Shown piece by piece: positions 55,981 to 64,000 of a DNA stretch of 64,000 nt. The notes below the pieces were generated by a model. That model searched no databases. It saw only the letters and a program-made list of their open reading frames with translations, and was not told where the DNA came from. Each line of letters starts with the position of its first letter. Position 1 is the first letter of the stretch. This DNA is from Dehalococcoidia bacterium (GTDB lineage Bacteria; Chloroflexota; Dehalococcoidia; Lucifugimonadales; VXLM01). Where the stretch lies: positions 240,974-304,973 of the forward strand of contig CBDDPU010000004.1 in NCBI GenBank assembly GCA_965232435.1, given 5' to 3'. The translations under genes were made by a program, and so were the position numbers.

Positions 55981-57390
55981 ATGAACGCACATGACGTCGC
56001 ATACCTGCCCGTACGCCGGTTAGCCGAACTCGTGCGCGAGAGGCAAGTCTCGCCCGTCGAGTTGGCGGAAGTGTTCCTTGAACGGCTGGAGCGTATCGGC
56101 CCGCGATACAACGCTCTCGTCACCCTCATGCCCGACCGCGCCAGGGAAGAGGCCGAGCGAGCCGAGCGAGAACTTGCGGCCGGCAAATACCGAGGTCCGC
56201 TGCACGGCATACCGTATGGTCTCAAGGACCTCTTCGCGGCCGTCGGCGCTCCGACTTCGTGGGGCGCGACGCCGTTCAAAAACCAAGTCTTCCGCAATGA
56301 TTCGACCGTCGCCCGAAAGCTCGAAGAAGCTGGAGCGGTGCTGCTCGGAAAACTTGCCCTAGTCGAAATCGCCGGCGGCATACGTTATAAGCAGCCAAAC
56401 GCCACCTTCACCGGGCCCGGCATCAATCCATGGGGCGGGACGACCTGGGCGGGTGGTTCGTCCAGCGGTTCCGGCTCCGCCGTCAGCGCAGGGCTTGCCC
56501 CTTTCGCGATCGGTTCAGAAACTTGGGGATCGATCATCACGCCCGCATCAAACTGCGGCATAGCCGGTCTCAGACCGACCTACGGCCTCGTCAGCCGGGC
56601 GGGCGCGATGCCTCTCTCGTGGACGCTCGACAAGCCGGGCCCCATGTGCCTAACCGCGGACGACTGCGGTCTCGTGGTCGAGGCCATCGCCGGCCCTGAT
56701 CCAAACGACCTCGCCGCCAGCCATCGCCCCTTCTCCGACTCACCCACTCGAGGCGACCGCCGATTCAAACTTGGCGTGCCCGTCGGAGCGACTGAGGGAG
56801 TCGAACCCACAGTAAAGAAGAATTTCGAGTCCGCCTTATCCACCCTGGAACAAATCGCCGACATTGATGAAGTCGAATTGCCGGACTATCCGTACTGGGC
56901 CGTGATTACCGCGATATTCATGGGCGAGTCCGCCACCATATACGCCGAGTTCACCAAAAGTGGAAAATCGGCAGAATTGACCGCGCCGGAAGACCGCTAT
57001 GGCATCTACGCTCGCAGCGCCTCGCTCGCCACCGATTACCTTCGCGCCATGCGAATCCGCAAGAAGATCGCTCGCGAGGTGGATCAAATCATGTCCCGCT
57101 ATGACGCTCTCGCAGGTCCTGGCCGCACCGGCGTCGCCATTCCCCTCGACCTCCCCTTTGTGAAAGGCTTCAAAGAGCGGGCTAGTGAAGTAATGGGCAC
57201 GCTGGGCAACCTAATCGGTCTTCCGGCCGTTACCGTGCCGTCCGGCTTCTCGGAGGACGATCTGCCAACGTCCATTCAGTTCATGGGCAGACCATACGAT
57301 GACAACATCATCCTCTCAGTCGCCGACGCATATCAAGCAATGACGGAATGGCACGAACGCCATCCGCCCGACCCGGAACCGCATTTATAA
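55981..57390 (+). CDS. Amidase-signature (AS) family amidase (GatA-like)
   Basis: AS signature GGSSSGSGSAVSAGLAPFAIGSETWGSI and the catalytic Lys context YGLKD. Confidence 0.9.
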   Translation: MNAHDVAYLPVRRLAELVRERQVSPVELAEVFLERLERIGPRYNALVTLMPDRAREEAERAERELAAGKYRGPLHGIPYGLKDLFAAVGAPTSWGATPFKNQVFRNDSTVARKLEEAGAVLLGKLALVEIAGGIRYKQPNATFTGPGINPWGGTTWAGGSSSGSGSAVSAGLAPFAIGSETWGSIITPASNCGIAGLRPTYGLVSRAGAMPLSWTLDKPGPMCLTADDCGLVVEAIAGPDPNDLAASHRPFSDSPTRGDRRFKLGVPVGATEGVEPTVKKNFESALSTLEQIADIDEVELPDYPYWAVITAIFMGESATIYAEFTKSGKSAELTAPEDRYGIYARSASLATDYLRAMRIRKKIAREVDQIMSRYDALAGPGRTGVAIPLDLPFVKGFKERASEVMGTLGNLIGLPAVTVPSGFSEDDLPTSIQFMGRPYDDNIILSVADAYQAMTEWHERHPPDPEPHL

Positions 57391-57398
57391 GGAGTCCA

Positions 57399-59327
57399 AT
57401 GAACCAGCCAATAACTTCCGACTACATCTTCGACACCCCGTCGGTCTCACAGCCAAGCCCATCGGACGATGGCTCCACGCTGGCGTTCGTCAAGACCGTC
57501 ATAGACCGCAGGACGATGGAACGCGACTCGCGGATCGTCCTTTCGCAAAACCCCTTCAGTCGGCTGTCCACCCTAACCGACGGCCCGTCCGACACCTCGC
57601 CAATCATCGCAGGAGGACGAGTCCTCCTCTTGCGTCCCGACGAGAAAGGCAGGAAACAGGTCTGGACGATTTCCTTGGACGGAGGAGACCCGGATCGGAT
57701 AACCAATCTTGCCGGCGGTGTGGAAGAGTTCACCGTATCACCGAATGGAGACCGCCTCGCCGTGGTCTCGTCCGTCGATCCCGATTCACTCGACGACGAA
57801 CACGACGATCTGCCTAGGGTAAAAGTCGTCCGCCGCGTTCGGTACAGACATGACTTCCACGGGTTCACCGGCGACGCCTTTCGGCAGGTCTTCGTCGTGG
57901 ATGCCGTGTCGGGCCACGCCCGCCAGGTCACGAAAGGCGAAGGGGACAACTGGTCGCCAACATGGTCGCCCGACGGCACATCTCTCGCCTTCGTTTCCGA
58001 CGACATCCCGGGACGGGATTTCACCACTCACACCCAAGCCAAGGTCGTGACTCTGCCCAACGGCAGGCCGGTCTCGTGGTCCGAAGCCCTGCCCTACGTG
58101 TGGGCAGTCGCATGGTCCCCGGACAGCCGATCGCTCGCGGCCATCGGGTGCCACGACCCCGATATGTGGGACCCGCGATCCGCATGGCTGTATGTTCTCA
58201 ATTCCGGCGGGAGCGTTCGCCGAATAACGGACGGCCTCCACACTCCCGTGCCTGAATGCGGGATGCGCTGGACTGACGAGCGCGGCATTGTCTTCGTCGG
58301 CGCGCATCGTGGAGAGTATTTCGTGTGCGCCATCCGGCCCGACGGCAGCGAATTCAAGACCATCACAAGCGGCGGCATAAACATCGATGGTGCCGCCATC
58401 GACCGGACCGTTTCTCATGCGGTCGTCGTGACTGAGTCACCCGCTTCACCGGGTGAATTGGAGCGCGTAGACCTCCACACCGGCGCATCGCAAGCGATCA
58501 CGAAGTACGCCGCCGGGTACCTTGAGGATCACCCGCCGGCCCGCATGGAAAAGTTCGTCATCAGTCGCGGCGACTTCGAGATTGAGTCGCGCGTGCTTCT
58601 TCCGCCCGACTTCGATGACGCGAAGCGGCATCCGCTGGTGCTGGATATCCACGGCGGCCCGAACGGCCGGTTTTCGGATAACTTCGATCCGGTACATCAA
58701 ATTCTCGCCACGAACGGCTACATCGTCCTTTCAGTGAATCCCCGCGGTTCCTCAACCTATAGCCCCGAATTCACCAAGTCCGTCCTCGGCGACTGGGGCG
58801 GAGAGGACTGCCTCGACATCCTCGCGTCGGTGGATGAACTGGCCCGGCGGCCTTACGTGGACGAGGAACGAATGGCCGTTCACGGGTTCAGCTACGGCGG
58901 CTTCATGAGCGGATGGATTGTGGGCCACGACCACCGCTTCAAAGCCGCCATCGTCGGCGCGATGTGCGCAAACCTGCACAGCATGTACGGCACGTCGGAT
59001 ATTGGAACCAGCTTCGGCGAAATCAACTGGGGAGGCCCCTACACCGGAGCACGGGATAAGTTCCTCTACCACTCGCCCATCACCTACGCGCCAAACGTCC
59101 GTACGCCCGTCCTTCTATTGCACGGCGAAGACGACCTTCGATGCCCTATCGAGCAGAGCGAACAGTACTTCGTCGCGCTGAAACGGCTCGGCAAGACGGT
59201 CGAGTTCGTCCGATTTCCAAACTCCACCCACCGCTTCCGAAAGATAGGCCATCCGAGCATGATTGTCGAATACTACCGCCTTCTCCTCGACTGGCTCGAA
59301 CGGTACATCGGCAGCGGCCCCTCGTGA
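57399..59327 (+). CDS. S9-family serine peptidase (beta-propeller plus alpha/beta hydrolase)
   Basis: Nucleophile elbow GFSYGG, catalytic Asp/His context (HGEDDLRCP, STHRF) and an N-terminal propeller with WSPDG repeats. The ATG at 57399 has AAGGAG upstream. Confidence 0.85.
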   Translation: MNQPITSDYIFDTPSVSQPSPSDDGSTLAFVKTVIDRRTMERDSRIVLSQNPFSRLSTLTDGPSDTSPIIAGGRVLLLRPDEKGRKQVWTISLDGGDPDRITNLAGGVEEFTVSPNGDRLAVVSSVDPDSLDDEHDDLPRVKVVRRVRYRHDFHGFTGDAFRQVFVVDAVSGHARQVTKGEGDNWSPTWSPDGTSLAFVSDDIPGRDFTTHTQAKVVTLPNGRPVSWSEALPYVWAVAWSPDSRSLAAIGCHDPDMWDPRSAWLYVLNSGGSVRRITDGLHTPVPECGMRWTDERGIVFVGAHRGEYFVCAIRPDGSEFKTITSGGINIDGAAIDRTVSHAVVVTESPASPGELERVDLHTGASQAITKYAAGYLEDHPPARMEKFVISRGDFEIESRVLLPPDFDDAKRHPLVLDIHGGPNGRFSDNFDPVHQILATNGYIVLSVNPRGSSTYSPEFTKSVLGDWGGEDCLDILASVDELARRPYVDEERMAVHGFSYGGFMSGWIVGHDHRFKAAIVGAMCANLHSMYGTSDIGTSFGEINWGGPYTGARDKFLYHSPITYAPNVRTPVLLLHGEDDLRCPIEQSEQYFVALKRLGKTVEFVRFPNSTHRFRKIGHPSMIVEYYRLLLDWLERYIGSGPS

Positions 59328-59399
59328 TCCGAATGACCGCCATTCGCGCCGTCAGATAAAATCCTGACCGATACGTCTCGCGGCGTTCTCCGAACCGCC

Positions 59400-61271
59400 A
59401 TGTCACTCATAACCGCGTCCAACCTATCCGTCAGCTTCGCCGAACTCGATACCTTCGAGAACATCTCCCTTGAGATTGGCGAACGCTCCCGTGTCGGCAT
59501 CGTCGGCCCGAACGGCCAGGGCAAAACGACCCTGTTGGAAACGCTGGTCGGCGGCATCACGCCTCAATCAGGCTCCGTCCGTCTCAGACGCGGGATCAAC
59601 ATCGGCTACGTCCCCCAAACAACTCGGAATATGGACGCATTGACGCTTGGAGAGGAAGTGATGAAAGCCTTCGCCGACATAACCCGGATCGAGGCCGAAA
59701 TCGCCTTGAGCGCAGCTGCCATCCAGAACGGCGGCGAAGTCGGAAGAAGGGACGCCGAACGACGGTACTCGGATATGCTCGAAGCCTATGAAGCCGCCGG
59801 CGGCTACGACTACGAGAACCGCTTGGAGCGCGTGATTGCGGGCGTGGGACTCAAGATGGAAACGCTCGATGTGCCCGTCAACGAGGCCAGCGGCGGCCAG
59901 CGCACCCGCGCGTCACTGGCGAAGGCCCTCCTGGCAGAACCGCAACTCCTCGTCCTCGATGAGCCGACCAACTACCTCGACTTCGACGGACTCAGTTGGC
60001 TGGAGAAATTCCTCCGCCGAACGTCCCACGCCTTCGTCGTCGTTTCGCATGACCGCTATTTCCTCGATCAAGTCGCAAGCGAAATATGGGAGATCAACCA
60101 CGGCACACTCACCGCATACAAGGGGAACTACAGCAAGTACCGACACCTCAAGGCTGAACGCGAACGTCGACGGCAGACCGAGTACACCCGACAGCAGCAG
60201 TTCATCAGAAAGCAGGAAGACTTCATCGAGCGTTACCGCGCCGGACAGCGCTCACGAGAAGCGCTGGGGAGGGAAAAGCGACTCAACCGAATGGAACGTA
60301 TCGAGGCGGTCAGAAACGACAGAACCGTTAGCATTGGAACGCTAAGCGCGTCCCGTACCGGTCGAGTTGTCCTGACAACTCAAGGCCTCGAAGTCGGATT
60401 TCACGAGCACGGCAGGGCGATCAAGCTGCTGGACATTGAGGACATAACACTCGAACGGTATTCCCGTACCGCCGTCATCGGCCCGAACGGTATCGGCAAG
60501 ACTTCCTTCCTCCATACCATCCTCGGCTACGAACCCGCCCTCGCAGGGAACGCCTCTCTTGGCCACAACGTCAAGGTAGGCTTCCAACGCCAGGGTACGT
60601 ACGACCTTCCGGATCGCCGCTCCGTGCTCGACGCGATCATCGACGTGAAGAACCTCAGCCCCGAGGATGCCCGTACACACCTCGGACGCTTTCTGTTTAG
60701 CGGCGATGACGTGGAGAAGACCGTCTCGGTGCTGAGCGGAGGAGAACGCACACGCCTGGCCCTCGCGCGACTCCTCCTTGAGGAGCCGAACTTTCTCGTG
60801 CTCGACGAGCCGACCACTCACCTAGACATCTCCAGCCGCGAGGCCCTTGAACAGGTGCTCCTGCAATACGAGGGCGCTCTCTTATTCGTCTCACACGACC
60901 GCGCGCTTATATCCCTCCTCGCCACCCGGCTCCTCATCGTCGAGAATGGACGGATGAGCCTCTTCAATGGCACATTCGAGGAGTGGGCGAAGACCAGAGA
61001 CGAGTCCGCGGTCAGGGTCGTCGTCCGTCCCAAGAAAAAGGGCAAATCGAAGAGGTCGAGCGCCTCGCCGCCCACAGCGACCGCGCCGCAACCGACTCCG
61101 ATTTCCTACGAGGAGATCATTGCCGAGCTCGAAGGCCGTCTCGCGCGAATCGAGTCACGACTCGAGGACGCGACACGGCGCCAGGACGTGGATGCCATAA
61201 CCAAGCTCGGTAAAGAGTACAATATGGTACAGAGCAAGCTCGAGACCATGTGGGAGCGGTGGACGGGGTAG
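59400..61271 (+). CDS. ABC-F family ATPase (translation-associated, Uup/EttA-like)
   Basis: Two ABC cassettes (GPNGQGKTT / LSGGQRTR / LVLDEPTN, and GPNGIGKTS / LSGGERTR / LVLDEPTTHLD) with an interdomain linker. There are no TM domains, and the C-terminus is basic and coiled. Confidence 0.9.
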   Translation: MSLITASNLSVSFAELDTFENISLEIGERSRVGIVGPNGQGKTTLLETLVGGITPQSGSVRLRRGINIGYVPQTTRNMDALTLGEEVMKAFADITRIEAEIALSAAAIQNGGEVGRRDAERRYSDMLEAYEAAGGYDYENRLERVIAGVGLKMETLDVPVNEASGGQRTRASLAKALLAEPQLLVLDEPTNYLDFDGLSWLEKFLRRTSHAFVVVSHDRYFLDQVASEIWEINHGTLTAYKGNYSKYRHLKAERERRRQTEYTRQQQFIRKQEDFIERYRAGQRSREALGREKRLNRMERIEAVRNDRTVSIGTLSASRTGRVVLTTQGLEVGFHEHGRAIKLLDIEDITLERYSRTAVIGPNGIGKTSFLHTILGYEPALAGNASLGHNVKVGFQRQGTYDLPDRRSVLDAIIDVKNLSPEDARTHLGRFLFSGDDVEKTVSVLSGGERTRLALARLLLEEPNFLVLDEPTTHLDISSREALEQVLLQYEGALLFVSHDRALISLLATRLLIVENGRMSLFNGTFEEWAKTRDESAVRVVVRPKKKGKSKRSSASPPTATAPQPTPISYEEIIAELEGRLARIESRLEDATRRQDVDAITKLGKEYNMVQSKLETMWERWTG

Positions 61272-61318
61272 CGCGCGACCACGTTAGACCGATACGGAAC
61301 TCGTCAAGGAGGCGACCA

Positions 61319-62647
61319 ATGCCCTACAACTCCTGGTTCCAGTGCATCGACGCCGAATGCTCCGAGCGGATGACTCTAACCGAAATCGTCTACACCTGCC
61401 CAAGGTGCGACGGCCTGCTCATGGTCGCGCACGATGTCGAGGCGCTGAAGAACCGTAGCGGCGCGGCATGGATGAGGCTCTTCGACGACCGCTACATGAC
61501 CACACAGTTCCCCTACGGCAGCGGTGTCTGGGGCAAGAAGGAATGGGTATACCCGCAGATCGACGACGCGAACATCGTTTCCACCTACGAGGGCGGCTCC
61601 AACCTGTTCCGGGCCATCCGCTTTGGAGAGATGATCGGCGTCCAGGACCTCTGGATCAAGCAGTCCGGCAACAGCCACACGGGATCGTTCAAGGACCTCG
61701 GCATGACGGTACTCGTTTCCGCCGTACAGCAGATGATCCACGAAGGCTCGGACATCCGCGCGGTTATATGCGCCTCAACAGGCGACACATCCGCCGCCGT
61801 CGCAGCGTACTGCGCCACCGCGGGAATTCCCTCGGTCGTCCTCCTTCCGAAGGACAAGGTCACCACATCGCAGCTTGTCCAACCCCTTGCCAACAACGCG
61901 CTCACGCTCGCCCTCGATACCGACTTCGACGGCTGCATGGAGGTCGTCAGACTCCTCAGCGAGGACAAGCGCTTCTACCTTGCAAACTCGATCAACCCGC
62001 TCCGAATCGAGGGGCAGAAGACGATCAGCATCGAGATCGTTCAGCAGGACGACTGGCAAACGCCCGACTGGGTAATCGTTCCCAGCGGCAACCTCGGCAA
62101 TATAACGGCCATCGGCCTCGGCTTCCAGATGATGCTGGAGCTTGGCCTCATCAATAAACTGCCTCGCCTCGTCGCAGCGCAGGCCGCGGCGGCCGCCCCC
62201 CTGTATGACAGCTTCACGACGGGTTTCAAAGAGTTCAGCCCGGTTCACGCGCAGGCCACCCAGGCGACCGCCATCCAGATCGGCAACCCCGTCAGCGCTT
62301 CGCGCGCCATTCCCATCCTCCAGGAGTTCGACGGCGTGGTCGAGCGGGCGACCGAAAACGAACTTTCGCAGGCGGCCGCCCTTGCAGACAGCACCGGCCT
62401 GTTCGCCTGTCCCCAAACCGGCGTGGCTCTCGCCGTCCTCATGAAACTCGCCGATACCCGAATCATCTCGCCCGAAGAGCGTGTCGTCGTCATTTCCACC
62501 GCAAACGGCCTGAAGTTCCCCGACTTCAAGACGGGCTACCACAGCAAAACACTCCCCGAAGTCACTGCCACGCTCGCCAACAAACCCGTCGAACTCCCCG
62601 GCGACTACCACGCCGTCGCAGAAGCGATCAGCAAGCACGCGGAGTGA
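61319..62647 (+). CDS. thrC: Threonine synthase
   Basis: N-terminal zinc-ribbon-type CIDAEC...CPRC, the PLP lysine context HTGSFKDLG and SSGNLG-like PSGNLGN. The ATG at 61319 has AAGGAGG upstream. Confidence 0.9.
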   Translation: MPYNSWFQCIDAECSERMTLTEIVYTCPRCDGLLMVAHDVEALKNRSGAAWMRLFDDRYMTTQFPYGSGVWGKKEWVYPQIDDANIVSTYEGGSNLFRAIRFGEMIGVQDLWIKQSGNSHTGSFKDLGMTVLVSAVQQMIHEGSDIRAVICASTGDTSAAVAAYCATAGIPSVVLLPKDKVTTSQLVQPLANNALTLALDTDFDGCMEVVRLLSEDKRFYLANSINPLRIEGQKTISIEIVQQDDWQTPDWVIVPSGNLGNITAIGLGFQMMLELGLINKLPRLVAAQAAAAAPLYDSFTTGFKEFSPVHAQATQATAIQIGNPVSASRAIPILQEFDGVVERATENELSQAAALADSTGLFACPQTGVALAVLMKLADTRIISPEERVVVISTANGLKFPDFKTGYHSKTLPEVTATLANKPVELPGDYHAVAEAISKHAE

Positions 62648-62770
62648 TTCGCCCGCCGATCTGTCACGTCTGTGATACCATCACGGTCGTTCCGGATTGA
62701 GAAGGCTATCTAGGATAAGAAAGCAAGTTAGACGAACTGTCCACCCCATAGCGAAACGAGCGAGGATGAC

Positions 62771-63166
62771 ATGAGCTCCTACAAGGCCGGCGGGTCAGCC
62801 AACGCAACCGAAACGACCCAAGACCCACCTCCCCACGTGCCGAACCACCTTGTGTGGGCTATCCTCGTCACGATCTTCTGCTGTCTGCCCTTCGGCATCG
62901 TGTCTATCGTCTACGCCGCTCAGGTCAATGGGAAACTATTAGCGGGTGATGTCGCCGCCGCGCGTGACTCGTCCGAGAAAGCCAAGACTTGGGCGTGGGT
63001 GTCCTTCGGCGTTGGCATAGTACTCAGCGTACCCGGCTGGATTGGACTCTATGCAGTTTTAGGATTTCTGGGGATAGTACTTATCGGCTTGGTAGCCGCT
63101 TTAGGGGCAGGGGTGGCGGTTTTGATCATCAAGCTGACCTCCGCAAACTCAGCTAATGGAGAATAG
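62771..63166 (+). CDS. CD225/dispanin-family membrane protein
   Basis: VPNHLVWAILVTIFCCLPFGIVSIVYAAQV...GD...A is the CD225 signature. Additional C-terminal TM helices are present. Confidence 0.7.
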   Translation: MSSYKAGGSANATETTQDPPPHVPNHLVWAILVTIFCCLPFGIVSIVYAAQVNGKLLAGDVAAARDSSEKAKTWAWVSFGVGIVLSVPGWIGLYAVLGFLGIVLIGLVAALGAGVAVLIIKLTSANSANGE

Positions 63167-63169
63167 AAC

Positions 63170-63610
63170 GTGCTGCCTTCAGTCGGCGTTCAAAGGCTCC
63201 GGGGATTCCCACTCGCGCCGAGAGTGGGCTATATCGCCCTAGCCGCGCTGGGCATCGTTGGCGTCGCCATGCTGTACATGTTCGATCCACGCAATCCGGG
63301 CACATACCCCATTTGCCCATTCCTCGGCCTCACCGGGTACCACTGCCCCGGCTGCGGGACGCTCCGCGCGCTGCATCAGCTCCTGCATGGCAATGTCATC
63401 GCCGCGCTGGGCTACAACCCGTTGACCATCCTTTCCCTGCCCTTCGTCGCGTACTCCTTCACCGACGGCATGATGAGGGCATTTCGATTGAGGGGCTTGC
63501 CAAGAGTATTCATCTCGCACAGGTACATCTGGGCGCTCTTCGCAGGAATCATCGCGTTCTGGGTCCTCCGCAACGTACCTGTCGATCCCCTTACCGTTCT
63601 CGCGCCGTGA
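63170..63610 (+). CDS. DUF2752-domain membrane protein
   Basis: CPFLGLTGYHCPGCGTLRALHQLLHGN is the DUF2752 CxxxxxxxxCPGCG motif. GTG start 4 nt after the CD225 stop. Confidence 0.7.
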   Translation: MLPSVGVQRLRGFPLAPRVGYIALAALGIVGVAMLYMFDPRNPGTYPICPFLGLTGYHCPGCGTLRALHQLLHGNVIAALGYNPLTILSLPFVAYSFTDGMMRAFRLRGLPRVFISHRYIWALFAGIIAFWVLRNVPVDPLTVLAP

Positions 63611-63617
63611 GCCACTC

Positions 63618-63641
63618 TTCGACAAGCTCAGAGTGAACGGG
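63618..63641. repeat. Family-2 dispersed repeat (half element)
   Basis: TTCGACAAGCTCAGAGTGAACGGG matches the FDKL..NG arm seen at 26329, 35072 and 40470. Confidence 0.55.
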
Positions 63642-63665
63642 ACACATCCGAGCGAGGACAGGGGT

Positions 63666-64000
63666 TTACGTGTCGTACTTCGCCCGCGCGGCTTCGTATT
63701 CCTCCGGCGTGTTCAGGTCAAGACGTACGATAGGGTCATCGAATTCCACTTCGTTGACTTCCCCACGATGAACGTCGAACACCTCGCGCACACCCTGACC
63801 TTCATCGGTTATCGACTCCAACTCGCCCCGAAGGATGGCAGAGAATAGAAGCGGGTGGCCGCCTCGTCCTCGGTACCTCGGCGAAGTGATAAGGGCATCC
63901 GCCCCAACGTGCGATTCGATAATCCGCTTCACTACCCACGCCGGTCGTGGCTGATCGACGGCAAGCAGCAAGAGATCGGTCGCGTCCGGGGCGGCGGATA
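63666..64000 (-). CDS. MobA/MocA-like nucleotidyltransferase, C-terminal part (5' end outside window)
   Basis: LLLAVDQPRP...RGGHPLLF...LDLNTPEEY resembles the C-terminal half of molybdenum-cofactor cytidylyl/guanylyl-transferases. The frame is open to the window edge. Confidence 0.6.
   Translation of the reverse strand, partial: SAAPDATDLLLLAVDQPRPAWVVKRIIESHVGADALITSPRYRGRGGHPLLFSAILRGELESITDEGQGVREVFDVHRGEVNEVEFDDPIVRLDLNTPEEYEAARAKYDT

Overview
This is a high-GC bacterial chromosomal segment (judged by eye; composition was not computed) with dense coding on both strands. A terminator-type T-box leader in a high-GC genome, together with abundant intergenic hairpin repeats, suggests a Chloroflexota-like marine genome. 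That is inference and cannot be verified here.

Core content:
- A T-box-controlled ilvB-ilvN-ilvC ... leuA operon.
- hdc plus an ACT-domain gene, then mnmA, rnhB and yraN.
- An acetoacetate-decarboxylase-family gene plus a DUF503 gene, a two-domain cupredoxin lipoprotein and an SDR.
- mutS2, a DUF192 gene and a 1201-aa double-FtsX permease, then thrB.
- The yceD-rpmF-fabD-nusB-acpP cluster.
- ftsH, an M42 peptidase and dppBC-like permeases.
- Several MFS transporters and an M24 peptidase.
- An acyl-CoA synthetase / small-subunit / amidase / S9 peptidase row.
- An ABC-F ATPase, thrC and a CD225/DUF2752 pair.

Selfish or accessory modules are superimposed on this backbone, each in visibly lower-GC DNA:
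1. A NotI-like nuclease plus Dam-class methylase cassette sits inside the ilv-leu operon.
2. A mosaic island between thrB and acpP carries two MITE-like elements, a MITE-disrupted and truncated ABC ATPase remnant, an orphan two-gene cassette of unknown function (my best candidate for something undescribed), and an RHH/Doc toxin-antitoxin module bracketed by a 45-bp duplication of the acpP 3' end.
3. An intact mazF has its RHH antitoxin gene apparently split by a roughly 0.7-kb AT-rich insertion that carries an acidic orphan ORF.
4. There is a HepT/MntA toxin-antitoxin pair.

Three families of short dispersed repeats cluster in intergenic regions, including a 250-bp tandem array upstream of ftsH. 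I recognised no rRNA, tRNA or CRISPR array. All functional calls rest on motif recognition from memory, not on database searches.
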